The notes below the pieces were generated by a model, which was given only the letters and a program-made list of their open reading frames with translations, had not been told where the DNA came from and did not search any database. This document shows positions 38,037 through 47,839 of a stretch of DNA of 64,000 bases, in pieces (within the stretch, counting starts at the first letter, position 1; every line of letters starts with the position of its first letter). This DNA comes from Sedimentisphaeraceae bacterium JB056 (GTDB taxonomy: Bacteria; Planctomycetota; Phycisphaerae; Sedimentisphaerales; Sedimentisphaeraceae). The stretch lies in the NCBI GenBank assembly GCA_044440125.1, contig JBITAJ010000022.1, positions 352,001-416,000 of the forward strand, written 5' to 3'. The position numbers and the translations under genes were made by a program.

Positions 38037-40853
38037 TTATAATTCGGTGTAAAGATGACCTGCCTCTGCTTTGAGTCCTTCATTCCTTGTGTTATCACGT
38101 ATCTTGCCTATAATTTCTTTCATCTTATCCTTGTCAACATCCCATCGAACCCACCATCCGAGTTTGACGGCTGCAACTTCTGCCTCGGCCTTGAGCTGAG
38201 GATCATCTATATACTCTGAGACCATAAGAAATGCCTTTGGAGATTTCGTACTGCTCAAGCCGGAGAAGATCATACGCTTTTCCTGTACTGTTTCAGCAAG
38301 CTCCATAGCTTTGAAATACAACTCAGCGGTCTCATCGTTAGGTCTGTCGGAAGGCAAACCGATAAGCTTTATGAATCCTCGTAATGAAAGAATGCGTTTC
38401 TTTTTATCCGGAGATTTTTTTGCATATTCAAACAATTTCTCTTTAGGCTTATCAGTAGGCCATTTAGAAAGCGCGTCAATAGCAGCGTACTGCATATCCA
38501 GATCATCACCCGACAAAGCCATCTCAAAGACCTCAACAGAACTGTCGAGCCCAACACTGCCAAGTATATTAAGAATATGCTTCTTATTCTTTACATCCTC
38601 AGTTTTAACCCATTGCTCCTCTAATCCATTTACTTCAGCGGCTTTATCATCTGACTTATTAACAAGATTTATGAGTATTCTTTCAAGATATCTCTTCTCG
38701 CTTGAGCTATCGGTATTCAATAGCATATCGGTAAACTGAGTAATATACGAAGTGTCTGCAGCAAGTTCAAGGGCATTGAACGCTTCTCTTTTCACCTTTC
38801 TGTCATCGCTGAAGGTAAATTGTATCAGCTTAGCCGTTGCATCATTTATATAACGACCGCCGCAGGCTCTGACAAGCTCTATAAGAGACTCGCCGCTTTC
38901 ACTGTCAAGAAGACTTATAATCTCTGAATCAATCTCTTCGCCACTTAAAGAATAAAGTGTATCTCTGGAAGCTTCAGCAATATCCACATCAGCTTGCGCT
39001 ATTTTCGAGATAAGAATAAGAACACAGTCTTTATCATATATTTGTTTCATAGCTCTTATGGCTTCAATTGACTCGGGCTTAGGAGCTTCCTTGGCAAGAT
39101 TTTTTATCATATCTAAAGCAAAAAGATTTCGAGAATCTGAAAGAGCTTTTAATACCTTAATTCTTTTCGAATCTGAAAACTGGGCATATCTTGAAAGTAC
39201 GGCATCTGTAAACTTTTTGCCAGAACCGTTTCTGAGCAAATTGAGCATATTATAAAACGCAAATTCACCCGAATTCAGTTTATCAAAAACGATCATCGGA
39301 TCATTCTTGCAAGATATCATGCCTTTCAAAGCAGCATACTTGAAATTATCCGCTGCTTCACTTGCCAATATCATTGAATAGGTATTCACTGCCGCCAATT
39401 TATTTGCTTTTTCAATATTTTCAGCACATCCAATCAGGGCGTTACAATAAACATTGCTCATCTCATCCGAGACATATCCTTCAAAAGATACAAGTTTTTC
39501 CAATGCTTCCTCCGTCCCTATCTCTCCAAGTGAATTTACCGAGGCATAGATCAAACTTGAATCAGAGGAACCATTCATTATACCGGAAACAGCCTCTGCC
39601 GCGCCGGCATACTTACGCTTACCAAGCATATTAATCACGCCCATTTGTGCATAATCAAGCTTAGGTAGTATTTCAACCAACTTCTGATTTACTATTTCAG
39701 TATCATTTTGCCTCAGTGCATACAATGCAATGTCTGCTGCCTCATCATCTTCGAGCATGTTTAAAAGAGCAGGCACCGAAATATCACTGCCAAAAACAGA
39801 AAGCTTGCGGCAGATATAATCTCTGGCCGCAAATGTCAGCTCATTTTCACTAAGAAGTTGTACAAAGATTTCTTCTATATCTTCTGTATCATGAGCCGCC
39901 ACCTTACCATCAATATATGCATTCAATGGAATTAATGGTTCCCGACCTTTATTCCAGTCATAATCTTTAAGTACATCTACAAGTAAACCGATACCGCTCT
40001 TTTCAGTTGAAGGCGTATCATCAGCCTCCAAGTCGCCGGCGGCATATTGCAATCCGGCCAGCATATGAGCAAGCAACGGACTATTCCAGCAAAGCTCGTT
40101 ATTGTGGCCAAGTGAACAATAAAAGACCCTTCCCTTACCGTATTTCCTTATCCAGCTTATACCGGTATCCATATCATCATCCTGAAGATCTTTCACTCCG
40201 GCAGTAGCGGGGTCGTTCATATCCAGACTCATCAACACCCTAAGTTTATCTCTTGAGTAATGACTGTTGGAAGTACGATATATCTCATCTTTTACATTAA
40301 ACGACAAGCCGTTGAATGATTTAACAAGGGGATTGTCTGGATCATCGATTTTAACGGTCCAAACTCCGTCTGCGGTCCATGGATGCCCATTAAATATCGA
40401 ACCCATCATCTGTGCGGCTTCAGGGAAATCATAAAAACTGTCAACGGCGGCATGTATGCCTACAACGCCTTTTCCGCTATTGACAAATTTAAGCAGTGCC
40501 TTCTTCTGAGCTTCATCAAAAGTAAGTTTAGTGGTGTTATTGAAACAGATAACATCAAATTTCGAAAGACCAGCATCATTGAAGATGTTCATATCAGAGC
40601 TTATCTCTGCTTCAAGAACCCCTGTCTTCTGCCCCATAATCTGCAAAGCTTCATTCCAGTAGGGTATAGAGCTGTGTCGGTAACCATTGCAGAGATCAAA
40701 AACAAGCACACTTCGCGGAGCCTCAACCGCGGCCTGCGGCTCAAAGTTGACAGCCTGCCTGATAGTCTCTTTTTCTTTATCACTCACGGCATTACATAAA
40801 GAAGCTGCCAAAAACACTAAAAATACGATATATTTTTTCATTGATATACTCAT
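38037..40853 (-). CDS. Secreted ThuA-like domain protein with C-terminal HEAT repeats
   Basis: Signal peptide. YRHSSI, GIHAA, DEIY and GRVFYCSLGH (ThuA-like), then about 650 aa of helical HEAT-like repeats. Confidence 0.8.
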   Translation of the reverse strand: MSISMKKYIVFLVFLAASLCNAVSDKEKETIRQAVNFEPQAAVEAPRSVLVFDLCNGYRHSSIPYWNEALQIMGQKTGVLEAEISSDMNIFNDAGLSKFDVICFNNTTKLTFDEAQKKALLKFVNSGKGVVGIHAAVDSFYDFPEAAQMMGSIFNGHPWTADGVWTVKIDDPDNPLVKSFNGLSFNVKDEIYRTSNSHYSRDKLRVLMSLDMNDPATAGVKDLQDDDMDTGISWIRKYGKGRVFYCSLGHNNELCWNSPLLAHMLAGLQYAAGDLEADDTPSTEKSGIGLLVDVLKDYDWNKGREPLIPLNAYIDGKVAAHDTEDIEEIFVQLLSENELTFAARDYICRKLSVFGSDISVPALLNMLEDDEAADIALYALRQNDTEIVNQKLVEILPKLDYAQMGVINMLGKRKYAGAAEAVSGIMNGSSDSSLIYASVNSLGEIGTEEALEKLVSFEGYVSDEMSNVYCNALIGCAENIEKANKLAAVNTYSMILASEAADNFKYAALKGMISCKNDPMIVFDKLNSGEFAFYNMLNLLRNGSGKKFTDAVLSRYAQFSDSKRIKVLKALSDSRNLFALDMIKNLAKEAPKPESIEAIRAMKQIYDKDCVLILISKIAQADVDIAEASRDTLYSLSGEEIDSEIISLLDSESGESLIELVRACGGRYINDATAKLIQFTFSDDRKVKREAFNALELAADTSYITQFTDMLLNTDSSSEKRYLERILINLVNKSDDKAAEVNGLEEQWVKTEDVKNKKHILNILGSVGLDSSVEVFEMALSGDDLDMQYAAIDALSKWPTDKPKEKLFEYAKKSPDKKKRILSLRGFIKLIGLPSDRPNDETAELYFKAMELAETVQEKRMIFSGLSSTKSPKAFLMVSEYIDDPQLKAEAEVAAVKLGWWVRWDVDKDKMKEIIGKIRDNTRNEGLKAEAGHLYTEL

Positions 40854-40898
40854 CTTATATCCAGTCTGAAATCATAGACAAAAACAAAAACTTATTTA

Positions 40899-42212
40899 TC
40901 ACATCACCCAGGGAGATCTCAATGATTTACCAAGCATATTATCTGCAGACGAATCATTGATGACTTTTTCAGCTATTGGATCGAATTTAAGTTTACGGCC
41001 AAGAAGCATGGATATCATGCCAAGCTGACCGGGCGAAACCGATCTATGTGCAATTTCACAGGGGGTGATCGTTTCGGACCTGCTTCTGACACAATCAAGA
41101 AAGTTCCTTTGATGACCTGGGGACCTGAACAGGTTTATTTCATTAGGTGAAAACTTTAAACGGAGCAACTCTCTTGAGCTTGCCTTTATCTCTCCCCTTG
41201 AGACAAACAGCCAGCCTTTCTCACCGGTCCATTTGATTCCCTGCTTCACATCCTCATTCTGGCTGCAAACCTTTATCGGGGGAGCATTCTTATAAGTAAG
41301 GTCTATATCAAATTCATAAGGACAGTTCCAGGCTCCTTGAGGAATGAACTTACCTTTTCCATCTATCTCAACGGGCCCTTCTCTATCAAGCCCAAGCGAC
41401 CAGTGCGCTATATCAAGATGGTGGCCTATCCAGTCAGTTAGCTGACCGCCGCCATAATCAAGATGCCATCTCCATCCGAAATGAACACGATTAGGAGAAT
41501 AAGGAGCGTAAGGAGCCGGACCAAGCCATCTTTCATAATCAAGTGTCTCAGGAACCGGATCGGACATCAATGTATTTCGTTTGGCAATATCAAACCCCGG
41601 TCCGGCAGGCAAGCCAACCTCAACTTTCTTGATCTTACCAATACATCCATTCAATATGACCTCACAGGCATATCTGAAACTGGTCTGAGATCTCTGCCAG
41701 CTTCCAGTCTGCCATATACGCCCGTAACGCTCAACTGCCTCACAGATCGCCCTCCCTTCCCTCAGGGTATGAGCAAGAGGCTTCTCGCCGTAGATATCCT
41801 TGCCCGCCTGTGCCGCCATTACAGAAGCAACGCCGTGCCAGTGATCGGGCAATGACAGGCATACCGCGTCAATATCCTTACGTGCGTAAAGTTCCTCGAA
41901 ATTATGATAAACAGAACATATCTGGTCACCATAAAAATCGTTAACTATGCCCGCTGCCTTATCCAAATGGTCCTTGTCAATATCACATAATGCAACGACT
42001 CTGCAATCCCTCTGTTGCAGAAAAGCGTTAAGATTAGCCCTTCCCATACCTCCAAGGCCGACAAATCCTACATTTATTTTGTCATTGGCCGACACATCCT
42101 CTCCTTGGGCAAAGACTTTAGAACCAAGTACATCAGACAGCATCAAACCGCCTAATGTTAATGTACCAGCTTTAAGAAAACTTCTGCGCCCTATATTATG
42201 ATATTTTGTCAC
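40899..42212 (-). CDS. Tat-exported Gfo/Idh/MocA oxidoreductase
   Basis: GRRSFLK signal. VGLGGMG, PDHWH, GEKP and DWIGHH. GTG start. Confidence 0.9.
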   Translation of the reverse strand: MTKYHNIGRRSFLKAGTLTLGGLMLSDVLGSKVFAQGEDVSANDKINVGFVGLGGMGRANLNAFLQQRDCRVVALCDIDKDHLDKAAGIVNDFYGDQICSVYHNFEELYARKDIDAVCLSLPDHWHGVASVMAAQAGKDIYGEKPLAHTLREGRAICEAVERYGRIWQTGSWQRSQTSFRYACEVILNGCIGKIKKVEVGLPAGPGFDIAKRNTLMSDPVPETLDYERWLGPAPYAPYSPNRVHFGWRWHLDYGGGQLTDWIGHHLDIAHWSLGLDREGPVEIDGKGKFIPQGAWNCPYEFDIDLTYKNAPPIKVCSQNEDVKQGIKWTGEKGWLFVSRGEIKASSRELLRLKFSPNEINLFRSPGHQRNFLDCVRSRSETITPCEIAHRSVSPGQLGMISMLLGRKLKFDPIAEKVINDSSADNMLGKSLRSPWVM

Positions 42213-42303
42213 GTTGGACCTTTCTTTTTATAATGTCAACTTAACAATATATTATGCCGAATCAACTGAATTTGAGACCCTATTGATCATCAAAACGAGC
42301 TAC

Positions 42304-42315
42304 TGGACCGTTCCA
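42304..42315. promoter_or_regulatory. Putative operator TGGACCGTTCCA upstream of the multiheme operon
   Basis: One mismatch to TGGAACGTTCCA. Intergenic, about 90 bp upstream of the start at 42212. Confidence 0.5.
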
Positions 42316-42540
42316 CCTTTAAAGTATATTGTAATTTGGCTCAAATACTACTATTTTCGAACAGTGGTAAAATTTAAAGGTACAGTAAAGCCCGCTTAGT
42401 CATAAACTTAAACAAAATATAAACTCTTATTTTCAAGCATTTTAGGCTCTCATCTTCCCTCTCTTAAACCCGCTAATCACATTCAGAAAAACATACAAAA
42501 TATTCCTCTTGCAGTTCACAAAAGTCAAATATGTACATAA

Positions 42541-43494
42541 TTAAACATAATCAGAAGTCGACAACACTGTATTAGTCATCAACTCTATGCTTTTCCGAAC
42601 ATCTGAAAACTCAAATTCACATAAAGCTTCTACTGCTTTCAATCTATATGACTCGATCGCCTGTAACGCGAATTCATTACTTCTGCTTTTACGTAACACT
42701 GAAACGGCATCTTCATATCGCTCTTGATTAATACAATCAATAAAGCCTTCACGGCAATCAGTTGAAAGACAGTGTATAACCGGCATAGTAAAACATCCGT
42801 TGCGAAGGTCACAGTATAAAGATCCGGTATCGGTTTCACGGCTGAAAAGATCATCGTAATCATTCAACAGTTGGTAAGCTATACCAAAATTTTCAGCAAA
42901 CACTTTTATAGCTGATATTTGAGCCTGATTTGCCCACTTATGGGAACCCAAAATACAGCTCGCTTTAAATAGCTCCGCAGTTTTGCCTTTAACTATTTTA
43001 AGATAAGTTTCAATATCTATGTTGAAATTGTTACGGTTGAAATTCTGAAGAAGTTCAGACTTGCTCATCTCTGAAATAGTACGGAAAAACAATTCAGAGA
43101 TATCAGAAGTCAGCATATCCCCTGCAAGCAGAAAAGCATCACTCACAAGAAAATCACCCATAAGTATGGCATTTTTTCTGCCAAAAGCTGAATTGAAAGA
43201 CGCCTGATTTCGTCTTATGTCTGTGGAGTCAACAACGTCATCATGAAGCAAAGATGCAGTGTGAATCATTTCAATTACAGATGAGAGAACAATATGCTCA
43301 GTAGAAATTTTCCCTTTTAATTCAGCGAATAAAAGAAGAAATGAAGGCCTCAGCATTTTACCATATCCAGACTTGAGTTTATCAAACACCTCGCGAAGTC
43401 CCGGATCACTTACTGTGAATTTTTCGTCAAGCATTTCCCTGACGTTTTCAAGACCTAAACGGACATTTGCTGGTAAAACATCTTCAACATTCAT
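42541..43494 (-). CDS. Polyprenyl diphosphate synthase
   Basis: GKMLRP, EMIHTASLLHDDVVD..RR and GKTAELF. The second Asp-rich motif reads QLLNDYDD. Confidence 0.85.
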   Translation of the reverse strand: MNVEDVLPANVRLGLENVREMLDEKFTVSDPGLREVFDKLKSGYGKMLRPSFLLLFAELKGKISTEHIVLSSVIEMIHTASLLHDDVVDSTDIRRNQASFNSAFGRKNAILMGDFLVSDAFLLAGDMLTSDISELFFRTISEMSKSELLQNFNRNNFNIDIETYLKIVKGKTAELFKASCILGSHKWANQAQISAIKVFAENFGIAYQLLNDYDDLFSRETDTGSLYCDLRNGCFTMPVIHCLSTDCREGFIDCINQERYEDAVSVLRKSRSNEFALQAIESYRLKAVEALCEFEFSDVRKSIELMTNTVLSTSDYV

Positions 43495-43534
43495 ATTCTT
43501 CGTGCCATTCTCAATATAAATCTTACTATTAATA

Positions 43535-44245
43535 TCAGAAATACATATCTTCCAGTGAACTGTTAACCCCGGGGGCACCAAAGAGCGGCAAATCCCTCTC
43601 AGTCATCACATTACCAAGATCAGCTACAGCCTGTTTGCTAAGCTCTTTCAAATTGCCAGCCGCCATAGCCGTTAAAATCGATTTAACGGAACTTTCAAAA
43701 AGCTCTACCGTCATAACCGTCCACTTAATATCTCCGGTAGTCATGGTAACAAGCCCATGATTTTCCATAATAAAACTATTGTACTTATCCAGATAAGGCA
43801 GAAAGTTATCAGCAAGCTCCTGTGTCAAAGGCTGTGCATAAGGCACGACGGGAACTGGCCCGACCTCTGTAACTGTCTCCGGATAGTACGGCTTCATAAG
43901 AACATCGGATTCCTTCATTATAGCAGCAGCACAGGCAAAAGGAGGATGGCAGTGTATTACCGATGTTATATCTTTACGTTTGTTAAAAAAGTTAAGATAC
44001 ATAGGCTTCTCACCCGTCGGCCTCTTAGTACCTTCAACAGTATTACCCTTAAGGTCTATAAAAACCACATCATCCTTCGTTATATCACCTTTATTCATCT
44101 GGGTTGGCGTTATAAGTACAAGGTCATCCTCAAGTTTCCAGGCAAGATTCCCGCCAAAACCCGTTACATAAAGATTAGCCGCAAGTCTTTGGCAAACTTT
44201 AACGAACAAATCGACTTCTTTACTATATTTTTCCACAAATTTCAT
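43535..44245 (-). CDS. Class II aldolase/adducin family protein
   Basis: GGNL, ITPT, PTGE, IHCHP and MENHG (zinc His triad). Confidence 0.9.
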   Translation of the reverse strand: MKFVEKYSKEVDLFVKVCQRLAANLYVTGFGGNLAWKLEDDLVLITPTQMNKGDITKDDVVFIDLKGNTVEGTKRPTGEKPMYLNFFNKRKDITSVIHCHPPFACAAAIMKESDVLMKPYYPETVTEVGPVPVVPYAQPLTQELADNFLPYLDKYNSFIMENHGLVTMTTGDIKWTVMTVELFESSVKSILTAMAAGNLKELSKQAVADLGNVMTERDLPLFGAPGVNSSLEDMYF

Positions 44246-44290
44246 ATTTTTTCAACCTTTTTATTAAATATTCAGTACTTCAAGTTATAT

Positions 44291-45337
44291 TCAGGGAATT
44301 ATGACAACTTTCATAGCACCAGTAGAAGGATCGGACTGGACTTTAACCGCCTCATTGAACTTATCCAGATCATAAGTGTGAGTTATTAATTTTTCAGCAT
44401 TGATCTTGCCCGAATCGATAAGATCACGAGCCTCCAAATAATCTCTCTTAACAGAGCTGTTGGCACCGTGAATATGCAGTTCCGGATAATGTATGAGATT
44501 AAGATCGATCAGTTCGGTAGGGTCGGATTTCGGCATTCCTGCAAAAATCGAAAGATGACCGTCTCTTGCAAGCATATCCAGACCTGTTTTAACAAGCGAC
44601 TTTACAGATGCCGCCACGACAACAACATCCACTCCTCTGCCACCGGTGTTTTCCTTTACCCACTGAACAGGGTCCGCTACTGAAGTATTTACAAAATCAT
44701 CAAACGGCAGGCCAAGCTTTTGATGAAGAGCAAGTCTTTCCTGTGAAACATCCATAACTGTAACTTTTTTTACACCTCTTGCTTTGGCAACCATCCCGTT
44801 TAGAACACCGATTATACCGCCGCCGAATATTACCACATGCCTTGCTTCTTCCATAGGTATGCATCTCATACCATTCACGCAGCAGCTCAGAGGCTCAAGT
44901 ATCGTACCGGTCGGAGCCGACATTGAATCCGGTATAGGTATCAGACAACCCTGCCTGACACCATTTTCAGGCATTATCATATATTCCGCAAAACCGCCGT
45001 CATATTGATAACCGATTGCGGTAAAACCGTTCTCACAAAGATTCTCACGCCCTATTTCACACATAGGGCAGTTTCCGCAACCGATAACGGTTTGAACTGC
45101 ATATCGCTTACCCAGCTCTATACCTTCAACGCCCTCACCCGTCTCAACGGCCGTACCTACAATTTCATGTCCGACTATAGCAACATCAACATTCTTTTCA
45201 CCCTTGAGTACCCTCTGATCAGTACCGCAAAGGGCGCACGCCTCTACTTTGAGCAGAACCTCACCTGTTTGAGGTGAAGGCTTTTCAACATTTTCGATCT
45301 CTATAACCGCTGGTTTCTTTATAACGGCAGCTTTCAT
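44291..45337 (-). CDS. Zn-dependent alcohol/polyol dehydrogenase (MDR family)
   Basis: CGTD, GHE, CxxCxxC...C and GGGIIG motifs. Confidence 0.9.
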   Translation of the reverse strand: MKAAVIKKPAVIEIENVEKPSPQTGEVLLKVEACALCGTDQRVLKGEKNVDVAIVGHEIVGTAVETGEGVEGIELGKRYAVQTVIGCGNCPMCEIGRENLCENGFTAIGYQYDGGFAEYMIMPENGVRQGCLIPIPDSMSAPTGTILEPLSCCVNGMRCIPMEEARHVVIFGGGIIGVLNGMVAKARGVKKVTVMDVSQERLALHQKLGLPFDDFVNTSVADPVQWVKENTGGRGVDVVVVAASVKSLVKTGLDMLARDGHLSIFAGMPKSDPTELIDLNLIHYPELHIHGANSSVKRDYLEARDLIDSGKINAEKLITHTYDLDKFNEAVKVQSDPSTGAMKVVIIP

Positions 45338-45352
45338 AATATATTCATCCTT

Positions 45353-46390
45353 TTAATCAAAATCAATCATTGCTTTTATCACGCCGTCTTTGTAGTCGGC
45401 AACCATATCAAAAGCTTGTTTTGTCTGGTCAAAATTGAACCTGTGTGTAGCCATAAAGCTCACATCAAACAAATTGGAAGCGATCATATCAAGACTGTCC
45501 GCAACACAATCACATTGCCGCCTGACATTCTGTATGCATATTTCCTTGCGTCTTGCCTTATCTATCTGAATCGAAATCCTGTCTTCCTCCGGTATCCCGA
45601 TAAGCATAAGCTTACCGCCGGGCCTCAAGACTTCGATAGCCTGATCGATAGCTTCCTGTTGACCGCAGCATTCGAATACTGCGTCAAGGCCGCCGGGTTC
45701 TTTTTCAAGTATCGCCGCTGCAACATCTTCTTTATCCGGATTACCGGTCCAATCGGCCCCGTTAGCTGAAACTATGTCCAAACGCGTATCTATCTTATCG
45801 GTAACATATATCGCATCTGCACCTTTTGCCTTAGCCGGCAGCATTACGCACAAACCAATAGGCCCGGAACCAAGAATACCTACTTTCGCACCGTCCATCG
45901 GTATAGATTGCTTAACGGCATAAACACCTATTGATAAAGGCTCTGAAATAGCGGCCTCGTCAAGACTCATATTATCACTTATCTTAAAGCAAGACTCCTG
46001 GGGCATCACTATGTACTCGCTAAGACAGCCTTCTATTTGTCCGGGGCATCCAAGGAACTTAAGCTCTCTGCAGGTATGATGACGACCCATTTTACACTGG
46101 TCGCATTTCCAGCATGAAACAGCAGGCTCTATGGCGATCCTGTCTCCAACTTTGACATCCGTTACGGCAGAGCCGATCTCAGCTACAATTCCTGAACCTT
46201 CATGCCCGACTGTAAAAGGATATTTTACTATCTGACTTCCTATTTTACCGGAAAGATAATAATGCACATCACTGCCGCAAACACCAACTGCAGCCATTTT
46301 TATCAATACATCGGTATCTTTTTTTATGACAGGATCAGGAACTTGACGCATTTCCATCTGCCTTATGCCGGTTAACATCATTGCTTTCAT
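45353..46390 (-). CDS. Zn-dependent polyol dehydrogenase (sorbitol / L-iditol dehydrogenase-like)
   Basis: CGSDVHYY, GHE, IEP..CxxCxxC and GSGPIG motifs. Confidence 0.9.
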   Translation of the reverse strand: MKAMMLTGIRQMEMRQVPDPVIKKDTDVLIKMAAVGVCGSDVHYYLSGKIGSQIVKYPFTVGHEGSGIVAEIGSAVTDVKVGDRIAIEPAVSCWKCDQCKMGRHHTCRELKFLGCPGQIEGCLSEYIVMPQESCFKISDNMSLDEAAISEPLSIGVYAVKQSIPMDGAKVGILGSGPIGLCVMLPAKAKGADAIYVTDKIDTRLDIVSANGADWTGNPDKEDVAAAILEKEPGGLDAVFECCGQQEAIDQAIEVLRPGGKLMLIGIPEEDRISIQIDKARRKEICIQNVRRQCDCVADSLDMIASNLFDVSFMATHRFNFDQTKQAFDMVADYKDGVIKAMIDFD

Positions 46391-46405
46391 TAAATATTCT
46401 CCAAT

Positions 46406-47839
46406 TTATCTCAGATCAAAAATTTTACCGGGATTCAAAACATTATTCGGATCAAGGCCAAGTTTTACTGCTCTGAGCATATTCAGATAAGCTTCACTGA
46501 CCACTGTTTTCATATATTTCTTTCTTTTATGCCCGATTCCATGCTCACCAGAAATTTTCCCGCCAAGCTCAGCAGTTAATCCATAGAGCTGCTCAAGTAT
46601 TTGCGGCAGCAGTTTATACCAGTGCTCATCGCTCCATGAGGGATCAGAAACGATCCTCGCATGAAGATTTCCGTCACCGGCATGTCCAAAGCACGGAATC
46701 ATAACATTGTATTTCTTCGACAATTCTTCAAACTTCTCTACGGCGATTGCTATTGAAGCAGGAGGAACAACTATATCTTCATTGCTCTGACGCTTGCTTA
46801 TGATATTGTAAGCCTCGCCGATATTTCGCCTGATCTTCCAAACACGCTCCGATGTAGTGGGATTATCAGCAACATAAACTTCTATGGCATCATAAGACAA
46901 GCAGAGTTCACCTATTATCTCGTATTCCCTTTCAACCTGCTCTTTATCCGAACCGTCAACAGTAATGATCAGCATAGCCCCGGCATTCTGGTAGTCAATG
47001 GTCTCGTTGAGATAGTTACAGGCGGCTTTAACCGAATTTTTATCCATAAATTCTATTGCAGTAGGTATTATACCTGATTCGGTCATAATCTTCGGTACAG
47101 TGCGTACCGCATCCGCCGCACTGGAAAACAGACACAGCAGATCCACCTGATATTTCGGTAACGGCATCAGCTTGAGTATTATCTTGGTAAAAATTCCAAG
47201 TGTCCCTTCACTGCCTGTCATCAACTGGATCATGTTATATCCCGTAACGTCTTTTATGACCTTACCGCCAAGCTCTACTATTTCACCACCGGCAGTAACA
47301 ACCTCAAGACCAAGAACATAACGACTGGTAACTCCATATTTCACGGCCTTGCCGCCGCCGGCGTTCTCGGCAACATTGCCGCCGATATAACAAGTCTCCA
47401 TGCTCATTGGATAGCCCGCAAAGAACAATCCGTAAGGCTTGAGATACTCATTGATATCATTTGCCACTACACCCGGCTCAACAACGATCATCATGTTTTC
47501 CCGGTCAAGCTCAAGTATTTCATTCATCCTGTCAACAAATATCACTATTCCGCCATAGATCGGGACCGCCCCGCCGCTCATGCCTGAACCGGCCCCGCGC
47601 GGCGTTACTGGTATCATTTCCCTGTTGGCAAGTTTCATTATTTCCGCTATTTGCTCAGATGTTCTTGGGCGGACGACAACATCGGGCATATGTGCATAGT
47701 GTTTATCAGGTATCTCGTCACGGGAAAAAGCTTCAATAGAACCGGGGTCTCCGTATATTACATATTGGCTCCCAACTATATCTCGAAGCTGCTCCACTAT
47801 GTCTTCTGTTACGATGTTGTATTTACTTTCAAGACTCAT
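46406..47839 (-). CDS. FAD-linked 2-hydroxyacid oxidoreductase (GlcD/LctD-like)
   Basis: PRGAGSG, GGNVAENAGG..AVKYG, GSEGTLG, GHAGDGNLH and SGEHGIG motifs. Confidence 0.9.
   Translation of the reverse strand: MSLESKYNIVTEDIVEQLRDIVGSQYVIYGDPGSIEAFSRDEIPDKHYAHMPDVVVRPRTSEQIAEIMKLANREMIPVTPRGAGSGMSGGAVPIYGGIVIFVDRMNEILELDRENMMIVVEPGVVANDINEYLKPYGLFFAGYPMSMETCYIGGNVAENAGGGKAVKYGVTSRYVLGLEVVTAGGEIVELGGKVIKDVTGYNMIQLMTGSEGTLGIFTKIILKLMPLPKYQVDLLCLFSSAADAVRTVPKIMTESGIIPTAIEFMDKNSVKAACNYLNETIDYQNAGAMLIITVDGSDKEQVEREYEIIGELCLSYDAIEVYVADNPTTSERVWKIRRNIGEAYNIISKRQSNEDIVVPPASIAIAVEKFEELSKKYNVMIPCFGHAGDGNLHARIVSDPSWSDEHWYKLLPQILEQLYGLTAELGGKISGEHGIGHKRKKYMKTVVSEAYLNMLRAVKLGLDPNNVLNPGKIFDLR

Noticed and set aside
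43757..44389. 210-aa plus-strand ORF
   Set aside because: Antisense to the aldolase and dehydrogenase genes; no recognisable family.
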